From: Histomonas meleagridis 2922-C6/04-290x
Lineage: Eukaryota > Protista > Parabasalia
DNA length: 64,000 bases
Assembly (NCBI GenBank): GCA_020184695.1
Contig: JAANOX010000259.1
Location: 85,612-149,611, forward strand
Direction: 5' to 3'
Below are positions 1 through 10,606 of the stretch, one piece after another (positions within the stretch are counted from its first letter, which is position 1; each line of letters opens with the position of its first letter). The position numbers and the translations under genes were made by a program. The notes below the pieces were generated by a model, which did no database searches, was not told the origin of the DNA, and was given only the letters and a program-made list of their open reading frames with translations.

Positions 1-373
1 AATGTTTTTTCAATAAAAATATAATAATCATAAGATATAAAATTAAACGAATAATAAATAGATTATATGAAATTAAAAAGCCAAAATTAATATTTTAACA
101 CAATATTTTAACACAAATTGTTTCTTGATCAAAAAGGAATTGACGATAACATGTTATCCCATGGGATAAAACTTTTTCAAATAATAAATTATTCAAAAAG
201 TTATATCGGTTTACTGTGGCACACCAAGATACCAAAAATAATAAAAAAAAATCATTTTTTTTTTCTTATTTATTTTTTTAGTTAAGAGCACTGCAAACTG
301 TCAACGTTTTCATAAATTCATTTAAACGTGATCAGGTTTAAGTGCTCTTTTTAGTTTCGATGAATTCATCAAG

Positions 374-1231
374 TCAATTGACTTGAGGGAATCTAATAGA
401 ATTGTAGAATCCAACCAAGAAGTTGTTGGAAGCAAAAACGACATTTTGAACATATTTCAGTATGGCAAAAAATTGTCTTTGGTTCTCATTTCGGTAATTA
501 ACCGATTCAATCAACAAATTTTTTATTTCGGATATTTGCCATACCAAATCTTTATGATTTTCTTCCATTTTGCTTTTTAAATCGATAATACTACCTTTTA
601 ATATATGTCTATTCTTCTTCATTTTTTCTTGAAGTATTTCATTTAATATGCACAAATCAATAAGGTTGATCCTTTTAGAGGAACTTACTGTATAAATCAA
701 AGCTTTTATGAAAAATATATTAAATTTCTTATCTATAGATATATTTTGTAAAGAATTTTGTGAATTCTGTTTCTTATTAGGTAAAGACACTATATAACCC
801 AAGTAAGATTTTAAGTCCATATTTGCTTCGGTTATCAAATGTTGGTATACTTGTTTTTACATAGGTATAGGAGAATTTGTTTTACCAGACTTTTTAAAAG
901 TAGGATTTGTTGTTTCATCCTTTGTTGTTTCAGTATTTTCTTGAGTAGAATTTGAATTCTGTTGACAATATGTTTCAATATTATTTGATAATTTAATTAA
1001 AATATTATCTTTAGCACGAGCTTTGGTTTGGGCAATATCTTTAAAATCACTTAAAGTAGGACTGTTTAAAGGATTTGAGACATCAAATTTTTTTATCAAA
1101 TTCCATTCTTTATCAGTCAATTTAGAAACTTGAGACTGTGATTCACTTAATGCACAAAGATTTTGATGTGCTTTTGTTAATTGGTGAAAGATCTTATAAA
1201 TGAAGTTGGAACAATTTTTATTTGTTTCCAT
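374..1231 (-). pseudogene. Hypothetical protein interrupted by one in-frame TAA (or two adjacent small ORFs)
   Basis: ORFs 857-1231 and 374-838 share a frame and are separated only by TAA plus six sense codons (AAA CAA GTA TAC CAA CAT). No recognised domain. Confidence 0.45.
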
Positions 1232-2294
1232 AAAAAAAAAATGATTTTTACATCAAATTCAACTGCTCATTCAATTGTTCTCAATTTGATTCAAACGCAC
1301 GAAGATCAGGCGGCTTTTGTATTCAAAACGAAAAATATTCTTAAATTAATGCATCCAAACTTGAAATAAATTCATTGGCCAAAATTTTCGTATCATCAGT
1401 GAATTTCCCCTTACTTCTCAAAAGTCTTACATGTTTAAAAAGTTGGTTGATTTGCATAACCGTACCTTTTTCTGATAACATACAAAAAGTGATCGTTGTA
1501 TAAGAGATGGCATTTCCTAATTTTTCACAATTTTATCCTGCCTAAAAAATTTACGATAGAACTTTTTGAATAACAACAATAAATTATTTTGAATACCTAA
1601 TAAAGCATTGAAAACTTCCGACGGTTATTGATCGTCAACAAAAAACGTTCCTTTTAATTCAAAAAGTTCAAAAATTTCAAAAATGGTAAAATATCTAAAT
1701 AAATGAATTTTAAATTCCTTAAAGTATTATACTTTTATTTTCAATATGATGTGTTTGTATAATTGTTTTATTATGTTTGAATTTATTATATATTATAATA
1801 TTTAGAATTTTTTTTTATTTCCAATTTTATTTCAATTCAATAGTTTCCGTAATTTTTGAGTTCAAAATGATCGACTTCTTTCAAATACATCTTTTAATAT
1901 CCATGGGGAAATATGTTTTAATTCCTCTAATTTTGATTACTATAATTTCAAGTAATGATGTAATTTTGAAATTATGGGTTGGTCATAAAATTTATTATGA
2001 GTTGCCAAATTCAAAATTTATAATAATAAAATGATTAAATTTGCTAATTTTTTAGTGGCATTATTGACTTAAACATACTAATTTTAATATGACTGTCATA
2101 TGTCATTTGTTTTGATGGAATTAATTAGTATAATAATTTGAGTGTTACAGGTAATTCGTTTGGTGGTGCGATGGCAAATTTCAATATCATTCAATTAGCC
2201 CGTATCGTATCCTTAACCTAAAATCATAGTAGAAAAAATATTCAGGATTTTGAGTTTTAGTACCTCTGTATAAGTTTTGGAATATAGAAATATT

Positions 2295-2407
2295 AAAACT
2301 GTTTTGGAACTGCAATTGAAATTGTAAAACAATTTGGTTACACAAAGATAGTCCAATTACTTCGTGAAAAAGGCATAAAGGAAAAATCTGATGCTGTACA
2401 AAATTAA
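2295..2407 (+). pseudogene. Ankyrin-repeat remnant
   Basis: With one indel it reads KTVLE(L)AIEIVKQFGYTKIVQLLREKG, resembling the ankyrin TxL..A...G..EIV.LL pattern. No start codon. Confidence 0.35.
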
Positions 2408-2545
2408 TAAATCATATAAATGCAATTGTTATATAATGGAAAAGCCATTACTGACATCTAAAATCTTTAAAGAATTCCTTTTTGTTATATTAAATAATAC
2501 AATATTAAATAATTATTAAGTTTATTACAAAAATAAGTCTTTCAT

Positions 2546-3556
2546 CTAAATTATGTTAGGTTTCAATTCGATCACAGATATTTCAGGTTTACATAAAAAC
2601 CTTATTAATGGATAAGGTAATGGTGTTTCACCAATCCCTCTGCTAATATGTAATATCATGTCACCAACTAAATAATTCGATGTTACACATGCATGATACT
2701 TTAATGAGCCAGGAGGTAAAAATGGTGTTCCTGCATTAAAGGGTAATACACATTGTCCTCCATGAGAATGACCACTAAGCTGTAGATCAAACATTTGTGA
2801 CTCGCTTGCTGCATCTGCTGCATCAGGCATATGAGCAAGAAGAATGTGCGGAACTGTGGGATCACCAGTGAAGTTAGATTTCAATTCGGCGACGAATAAA
2901 TTCGTCTCAAAAAGTTTGAGTGACGGTTTTAATCCAGATATGTAAATTTTGCTGCCTCTGACTGGAAACTCAACTGTTTGCTGGTTAAGAACTGTTGCAC
3001 CGATGTTGGAAAGCGCTTCTGTGAGCTCGCTTTGACATTCAACATCATGGTTTCCAAAACAAACAAATAATGGAGAATTAAGATACTTGAGAGAATTGGC
3101 AATTGTATAAACATCTTGTGTAGAATGCTTAGATTTGTCACTAATTAGGTCGCCTGTCAAAACAACTAGATCAGGGTTCTCGAAATTGATGAGATTGACT
3201 ATGGATTTCAAACGTGAATATGTAACTTGGGGATACGGATAATGAACATGAGTATCTGTGATTTGCACTATTTTTAGTGGTGGGAAATTACTCCGATTTG
3301 ATCGAAAAGAAAATCTTTGAATTTTAAGAGTAAATGGTTCAATATGCATATATATTAAAAAAAGAATACCAAATAAAAAACAAAGGTAAAAAAGGTTGAT
3401 ATGAAGACTATTTCTATAACGAAATATCCAAATTTGAGTTGGCTGAAAATGAACATGAAAGAATGTCATGAATAAAACGAGTGTAAACAATAAAATGAGA
3501 GCTAGGGTTATGCGACCTCTTAAAATTATTGCTCTCTCCTCGGCCCATGTGAGCAT
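2546..3556 (-). CDS. Membrane-anchored calcineurin-like metallophosphoesterase (YkuE/YaeI-like)
   Basis: Motifs DTH, GD, GNHD, H and GHSH, with two N-terminal hydrophobic helices. First ATG at 3556. Confidence 0.85.
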   Translation of the reverse strand: MLTWAEERAIILRGRITLALILLFTLVLFMTFFHVHFQPTQIWIFRYRNSLHINLFYLCFLFGILFLIYMHIEPFTLKIQRFSFRSNRSNFPPLKIVQITDTHVHYPYPQVTYSRLKSIVNLINFENPDLVVLTGDLISDKSKHSTQDVYTIANSLKYLNSPLFVCFGNHDVECQSELTEALSNIGATVLNQQTVEFPVRGSKIYISGLKPSLKLFETNLFVAELKSNFTGDPTVPHILLAHMPDAADAASESQMFDLQLSGHSHGGQCVLPFNAGTPFLPPGSLKYHACVTSNYLVGDMILHISRGIGETPLPYPLIRFLCKPEISVIELKPNII

Positions 3557-4524
3557 ATTGGGAAAGGACAAAAGATTTTCATTTCGTTAACCGTAAAAAC
3601 TTTTTTTGGTGTGGTCCAAATGGACAAAAAAGTTAATTAACTCCCATTAAACTTTATATTTTGCATAAAAAATCACTTTGTTTTTACTGACATAGCTTTA
3701 AATTATTTTATAATTAAGGATGAAATTAAATTGATTTTTTGATGTTTAATATTTTTGATATTTTATCATGAAATACATTGCCAACATGTCCCCTTAACAT
3801 ACGGCCTTTTGCAATGTTTCTCATTTGTTTCATTTTCAAGTTATGTTCTAATTCCAAGGGTGAGATTTCTATCAGCATTCCTTAACGTTTTCATCAATTT
3901 TGTTGCTCACAAATCTCATGAGATAAAATAATTATTTTTGGGTCTTTATGTTTACAATTTATCTTTGACTTAAATTGTTTGATTTGTTCCGATAAATTAA
4001 TCAATGAATTTTCTGATATTATCTCTAAAAACATGTTTTTATTTCAGTTGTCAGTCTGATGAATTTCTCTAATTTTTTTTCTCCATCCTACACTAGTAAT
4101 TTTGGTAGCTTCATAAAGGAATTAAAGAGTTTCTGTCTAAAGTATATTTCGGTATTAGTTATTATTTTCAAGTCACAGGAATACGAATTGTTGAAAAATC
4201 AAACAGATATTCAAAAAGAAATTTGAGTAATATTACCTAAACATAGAGACAATTATTTTTTCTTGGATATTATTTTAATTCATACTATGGAATATTTTTT
4301 GTAATAATGTTTAAAACATTGTGGGAATTTCAAAGGGTTCCCCTCATTGCTTGAAAATCAATATTTCAACTCATTTTACGTTACTTTTTCAAAACGTAGC
4401 CGTGACGTTCTGATTTGAAAAATTCTGTCTACTCTCAGAAAAAATGCGAATGTGTCAGATCCGTGAAAATTTCCTTCTCTGAATTTTGTGTTAAAAAATT
4501 TTGACGGTCAACAAGACCATTAAA

Positions 4525-5100
4525 ATGGATTTCAAGCACTATTGCTGCAATTGCAATAACATTGATATCCATGGAGAAAAAGTGGACCTTCATCATAAAA
4601 CAGCTCTTAGTCACATAACACTTCGAGAAGTCCTTCGTAAGCAAAATGATTTTCCTTTACTCCAACTTAATTCGGCATCTATTTCCATAAAAGACTGGTC
4701 AAAAATATGTGTAAGCAAAGTTGCATCTTCAAAATTCCAGTTGATTTGCTTTTCTTGTTTGCAGAAAATCAATATTTATCCAAGTAAGAACAATTGTTAT
4801 GTTCAATTCGACAGCGAAAAGGCAACTACTACAGATTCCTTTGATTATGTCATACCGACAGAAATTCAAGAAATTTTTAATTACAATTCTGATCAAAAAT
4901 CTCCTCCAATGAAGCCAATTGATCATCTCAAGACTATGGACGTTAGTTCTTTTTCGTTAGAACCAGAGGTAATGCTTGATGATGACAATGATTTTGAAAT
5001 AATGTTTGGTAATCAGAATGAAAGATTCGTTGGATCTTTCCAAGATTATGTTGTTTTTTCACCATGTGCTGTTGATGTTTGGTATGGCGGTTTTGATTAA
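4525..5100 (+). CDS. Hypothetical protein with Cys pairs (CCNC...CFSC; possible zinc ribbon)
   Basis: Open frame of about 190 aa from ATG 4525; no family recognised. Confidence 0.6.
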   Translation: MDFKHYCCNCNNIDIHGEKVDLHHKTALSHITLREVLRKQNDFPLLQLNSASISIKDWSKICVSKVASSKFQLICFSCLQKINIYPSKNNCYVQFDSEKATTTDSFDYVIPTEIQEIFNYNSDQKSPPMKPIDHLKTMDVSSFSLEPEVMLDDDNDFEIMFGNQNERFVGSFQDYVVFSPCAVDVWYGGFD

Positions 5101-5149
5101 TTATGTGAAACATAAAAAACATCTTCATGAGAATCTGATTTATTTTTAC

Positions 5150-6301
5150 TTACTCTTTTTCATCTTCTTCATCACCTTCTATTAGCAACCCATTATCATC
5201 ATCTTTTTCATCTTCTAAATCATTATCAAGAAGCTTGAACCCGAATTCTTTTTGATCTGGCTCATCGCTGCTATCGGAAACTGTCACATCTTTGAATTCT
5301 TCTGAATCTTCCTCTGGGTTCACTTCACCTTCCTCAAAAAGTATGTCTTCGTCCAAATTTTCCCATTCATGAGAGTTCCTTATGTCTATTTTCTCGTTCG
5401 CTTGAAACAAAGAGTAGACACCTTTTTTAAATGGTAGGGCATCATTTCTGTTTTCGCCATCTCCGAGCAACGGTTGATCTTCACCTTTCAGTTGAAGTTC
5501 TAAAACATGAACACGCTCATGCAATTCGTTGTTTTCACGTTTCAGTTCTTTCCTTTCTTCGAGAAGTGCTTGAATTTCTGGATTGTTATTTACGGAATCA
5601 AAAAGTTCTTGATTGAGATCTTTTATTTCTTGTATCAGCTCTTCATTACGCTTTTTAAGTGCAGAAACATCGGAAGATTCGCTTTTGTTGGAAAATGGTT
5701 GGAAATCAGAATTTAAGAAATTGTGTATTATCGATTTGCTTTCTTCGAGTTCCTTAGAAACCTTATCAAAAGAATCTTTTTGCCCTTTAATTATTGATTC
5801 GTAGTGATGGTGAAGAGCTTCGATTTCGGTTTTCATACGTGAGTATTGTTTTTCAATTTCTTTTGATTCTGAAATACGCGATTGATAAGCGGAAATTTGT
5901 TTTTCCAGGTTTTGTATTTTTTCAGCATATTTTTCGTTGTGAGATTCAAGATTTTCAATTTTAGTTGTAAGTTGTTGATTTTCCTCTTGTAGGTCCTGTA
6001 GTGTTTTTTCAAGCTCTGTTATTTGATTGCTTTCTCCTTGATTAGTGTTTTCTTCTTGAGTAAATTTATTGTTTGAAAATATTTGTTGTCTTTGAATTTC
6101 ATTTCTAAGTCTTTTGTTTTCATCAAGTAGTTCCTGCTTTTCTTGTTGGAGTATTTGACATATTTCAAGAAGATTTTCATTTGGGTCTTGTATTTCATAT
6201 AATTGCTCCTCAAGAATAGATATTTGATCCTTTAATGCTTTTATTGTTTTTCTATATGCATTAAATGTATTTTCTGATCCGGCTTGTGTTGGTAATTCCA
6301 T
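5150..6301 (-). CDS. Coiled-coil protein with acidic C-terminal tail
   Basis: 383-aa ORF with E/K/L/Q heptads and a D/E-rich C-terminus. Confidence 0.75.
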   Translation of the reverse strand: MELPTQAGSENTFNAYRKTIKALKDQISILEEQLYEIQDPNENLLEICQILQQEKQELLDENKRLRNEIQRQQIFSNNKFTQEENTNQGESNQITELEKTLQDLQEENQQLTTKIENLESHNEKYAEKIQNLEKQISAYQSRISESKEIEKQYSRMKTEIEALHHHYESIIKGQKDSFDKVSKELEESKSIIHNFLNSDFQPFSNKSESSDVSALKKRNEELIQEIKDLNQELFDSVNNNPEIQALLEERKELKRENNELHERVHVLELQLKGEDQPLLGDGENRNDALPFKKGVYSLFQANEKIDIRNSHEWENLDEDILFEEGEVNPEEDSEEFKDVTVSDSSDEPDQKEFGFKLLDNDLEDEKDDDNGLLIEGDEEDEKE

Positions 6302-6833
6302 TTTCGATCAGGAGATAAGTCCACTTTTTGAGGCTTTAAAATAAAGTGACAGTTATTTCTGGCGCTTTTTTATGTTTTAGCTACCATCTGGTTGAATATT
6401 CATTATGCATAACCCAGGTTTTATTCTTATTGCACTATGTTTTGCCATTTCTTATTTTATGAATATTTATAAGAATTTATTAATGTAAATCAAAATTTCT
6501 GATTTAAATTTAGATAACCCAAATGTATAGGACATTTTACACAATCTTCATGGCATCATTGTTTATATTTAAAATTCTCATCTCCATCAGACATGTTTAT
6601 TCACACACTTTTCCTAATGTTTCACCAACTAATTCCATAAAATGCTAATTGATTTACCCGTGAAAAATACAAAGTTTCCAATATTTAAATATTCACTTAC
6701 TACATAAGGCAAAAATCTACTTTCAATTTTCATTTGATTTTTTGTCAATAATATGTTTGAAGTAAAACAGATGTGTAAAGGCCGTTTATTATTTGTTTTG
6801 CTGTTTTTCAAGCTGCGACTTCGATACGCATAA

Positions 6834-7349
6834 TTATTTTAAGGCTAGAAGTGCCCTCAAAAGATCAGAGTTAGAAGAAGAAATTGTTGCAGACACTGAA
6901 GAAGAAGAATATGATAAATAAGAATGCGTCTTAGATGAATACGATTTAATGGACTGTGTAGTAGAAGAAACGGATACGTATTTATCAGATGAATATGCGA
7001 CAACAGATCGTTTGTCGAAAGAAAACGAGGATATAGAAACTGAAGAAGGACTAGAAGAAGTTAAAGATGTACTATGTGAAGGAACCAGTGACGATGATGA
7101 TGAACTTTTATTTGTGGACGAAGATGAATAAGGACTTGTGTAATTGTTTGTTGTGCTGTTAGAAGAGGATGAAGAACTTTTATATGTGGACGAAGATGAA
7201 TAAGGACTTGTGTAACTGTGTGTTTTGCTTGATGAAAATGTGTATGTTTCGTCAGATGAATCACTATCATCACTATAGGTATGTGTAGGTTCCCTATAAG
7301 GACGAATACCAGTAATTTCATTTACCCGAGCGAGACGATCTCTCTCCAT
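6834..7349 (-). CDS. Ser/Thr-rich low-complexity protein with a 24-aa internal duplication
   Basis: 171-aa ORF. TSPYSSSST(Y/N)KSSSSSS occurs twice with a 72-nt period (plus-strand units begin near 7102 and 7174). Confidence 0.6.
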   Translation of the reverse strand: MERDRLARVNEITGIRPYREPTHTYSDDSDSSDETYTFSSSKTHSYTSPYSSSSTYKSSSSSSNSTTNNYTSPYSSSSTNKSSSSSSLVPSHSTSLTSSSPSSVSISSFSFDKRSVVAYSSDKYVSVSSTTQSIKSYSSKTHSYLSYSSSSVSATISSSNSDLLRALLALK

Positions 7350-7646
7350 ATGGATGTGAAATCAAATCCAAAAGAACCGCAATGTACTGAAATTTTTGAC
7401 AAATTCAGCAAACGGCAAAAATTGGATTCTTATCATCGCTCATAATTCAATATTTTAAATATATTTTTATAAAAATCCTAATCCAAAGTTGGTTTTCGAG
7501 AGAATCTATAGATTTTTTATATTTATCATTCCTGCTTTCGACATTATTTGTTCTTATTTATAAAATAAAAATATAAGAAATAAATATTATTTAATTTTTT
7601 TGCTTCATTGATTTCAATCATTACTTGGTCATTTACTTCAATAAAA

Positions 7647-8651
7647 TTGAAAAAAGAAGCTAAAATTCTTGTTGTTAGAGATGAAGGAGTCGGTAAAACA
7701 TCTCTTATCATGAAGTTGGGCTTAAACAAAAATCCTTTTACTGGAAAAATTCCGAAAATTCTGAAAAATATCCGAAAAGATGTAAACATCGACAATAAGC
7801 CATATACACTTAGGTTATGGGATTCAAGTTTCAAAGTGGAAAGTTTGGTTCATCTTTATTTTCCAAGTAATGTTGTTCTTCTTTGTTTTGCTCTTAATTC
7901 TAAGAAATCGTTTAATCATCTTATATCAAAATATATTCCTAAAATTAGCGAATATCGCCAAACTAAAAATATTATTCTAATTGGGACTAAGTCAGATTTA
8001 AGACAACCTGGAAATCAAAATCATATTTCTGATTTCGAAGCAAGGCAATTTGCTCGCCAACATAATTTTTCTACATACATTTCATGTTCCACAAAAAACA
8101 ACATTGGCCTTAATAAAATTTTCCCATCATGTATCAGATTAATTTCTCATTGCGAATATTTATCGACAAACTCATCATTTGATCTCACATTTTTCGGCAT
8201 ATACTTCCATTTTTCCTTATTAACATGTGTTCCATTAATATTTCATTCAGCTTTTATTTTAGTAAATAATGAAATCAAATCGAATTTTCAAGAAATTAAT
8301 TTGTATAAACTTACGATTTTTATTGAAGCCATTTCAATAATAATTCTTTTCATTAATATATTTTTCTTTATTTTCCCAATTGATAAAATCTCATTAGAGG
8401 AAGTATATATTAAAGGAATCCATATGAATGGTGTGTTGAATATCATTCAAATGGGAATCGGAATCACATTAATAATTCTCGCGAATGCTTCTGACGTAGG
8501 AAATGATAAATATCTATATAAGAAATTCCAAGGATTAGGAATTGATGCCTTGGCGATCTCCTTGATACACGGAATAATATTCAGTTTCTTAATCATAATA
8601 AATACAGTTATATATATAATCCAATTTCTAAGAATTGAAGCTGCCATATAA
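7647..8651 (+). CDS. Degenerate Rho/Rac-like GTPase domain fused to about four C-terminal transmembrane helices
   Basis: KILVVRDEGVGKTSL (G1), LRLWDSSF (G3), VLLCFAL, IILIGTKSDLR (G4) and CST (G5), then four hydrophobic segments. No in-frame ATG upstream of the P-loop; TTG at 7647 sits where the ATG is expected. Confidence 0.7.
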   Translation: MKKEAKILVVRDEGVGKTSLIMKLGLNKNPFTGKIPKILKNIRKDVNIDNKPYTLRLWDSSFKVESLVHLYFPSNVVLLCFALNSKKSFNHLISKYIPKISEYRQTKNIILIGTKSDLRQPGNQNHISDFEARQFARQHNFSTYISCSTKNNIGLNKIFPSCIRLISHCEYLSTNSSFDLTFFGIYFHFSLLTCVPLIFHSAFILVNNEIKSNFQEINLYKLTIFIEAISIIILFINIFFFIFPIDKISLEEVYIKGIHMNGVLNIIQMGIGITLIILANASDVGNDKYLYKKFQGLGIDALAISLIHGIIFSFLIIINTVIYIIQFLRIEAAI

Positions 8652-9059
8652 CAATAGATCTATAAAATTCCTTGATAACATCTTTGAATGCGCACAATGA
8701 TATAAGAAGTGACGCAAAAATGTGAAAACATCTTTGTCAAAAAAAAAAGTTTTCGAAAATTTGGTAATAATAAAAAATAACTTTTGTACAATAAATTTTC
8801 ATTATCAAAAGTTATTTTTAAAAATAAATTCATGATTTCAAGTAATTTTTGCATAAAATACTGTCAATAACCATACTTTTCGGCGTGTATATGTTGTGCA
8901 GAGTCATTTTCTAAATAATGCTGAGTTACTAAAATATAATTTTCCAGGTCGAATAAACAAAAATACCGAATGATGTACCAATAAAATCTTCCATTTTTGA
9001 AATATTTTAATGATACAATCTCTTTAATCTATTAATACATATATATAAAATTGAGTTTC

Positions 9060-9410
9060 GATTTCAGCAATTCGTATATAGTGATCATCCTATAATCTTG
9101 ATATCATGGATATATAATATCTATACATAGTTACAGATATAATTAATATAAATCTAAGAATTATATCATGACTAGCACGAGATAAATTTATTCTTTCATT
9201 CCAAAAAGCTATAAAAATCGACTTTTGCATGGTTTATATCAAACGATAGCAACAACGATAAGTGACGATAGGAGCGAATTTGAATGATGGTAAATATTAT
9301 CAAAATTTTACCCTTTCCTCGATTTTCTTAATTTTTGTATTTTAGCAAAAAGTTCATTTTTATTGAATGAATATCTATACAAATTTAATTTGCAAATGAT
9401 CTTTAAAATA
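9060..9410 (-). repeat. Dispersed repeat, copy 1 (decayed coding family)
   Basis: Clearly similar to 17830-18105 and 18450-18525. Minus strand reads FWNERINLSRASHDIILRFILII. Confidence 0.75.
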
Positions 9411-9699
9411 TTGACTTGAGATTTGTTTATCAATTCCTTTTATCTCATATTACTCATGTGCTTTCAAATTTTGAATATATTACATTTTTCAACTTATTTG
9501 ACATTATTCGTAATGTTGTTAATTTATCTATTTCTCCGAATATGAGTCAATACAACAGTTTCTTGAGCAAGCTTTATTCTGAAATTGTTTTTGATAACGA
9601 TACGAGCAGATTGAGTGATTTTTATTCATTTACTCATTCAAATTTGACTTTAAACCGCTTGAACATGTATAATGATATCAGTAACTTATAATCGGATTA

Positions 9700-9810
9700 T
9701 AATCGTATATGGAGATCATCATACGATCTTGATATAATGGATATATAATATATAAATACATAGTTGCATCTATAATTAATAAAAAACTAAGAATAATATC
9801 TTAATCTATT
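9700..9810 (-). repeat. Dispersed repeat, partial copy 2
   Basis: atcgtatat...gatataatggatatataatat...tacatagtt matches 9072-9165 and 17850-17945. Confidence 0.65.
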
Positions 9811-10606
9811 AAGAAATTAAAAATTCAGAAATTATTTGGGAAATGATGAAATAAGACTGATTGAGAAAAAATTATATATTCTTCGGCAAAAAATAAATCC
9901 AAACTTTGATAAATTATGAGTTTTGCTTTTATATCTTTTTTATTTAAATTTTTCAAAATCATATTCTGGATTTTGTTAAATTTTGGAAATTCTCATTATT
10001 CAAAAAAACAATATCATTTATTTTAGAAATTTAAAAAATATAAAATAAGGCGTACAAGCTATCATAAAATTACAATATCATAATTATCCAAAATTTTTTC
10101 ATGAATAGCTTTAGATAAAATTTCATATGGAAATAATTTATCATCTTTTATTTTGGATCATTTTGATATATTTAAAAATTAATTCAAGTACTATTGTCCT
10201 CCGGGAATACTTGTTTTTTAAAGTATCTTTTAAAAGAATTCGTATACTTTATATTTCATTTTCCTTCAGATTTTCCTTAAGCCCTTTCATATTTAATATA
10301 TAACTTAATTCATGCATATATAACCTAAAAAAAGTATAAGTTTGATGTCATCTCTGAAGAATACAACATTTTTTTTTCCTCATATCAATGAAAATTAATT
10401 ACAATTTAATAAGCAAGGATTTGTTTTTCAATATTTTAAATATTTTGTATAAATTAACTGACACCATCAGCTGCTGATCTATGTAATTATGGTTTTTGAA
10501 TACCATCAACTGTTCATTTGTTGATGTATCGTAATTTCAAACCGTAATAAAAGTGAATAGTACGTACTATTGGACGTTAAAATATAAATAAAGAATTCAT
10601 TAATCG

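Noticed and set aside
822-856. Possible short intron (GTAAAA… or GTATAC…GATAACCGAAG) joining the two ORFs.
   Set aside because: The 25-nt version lies after the stop codon and the 35-nt version gives the wrong frame.
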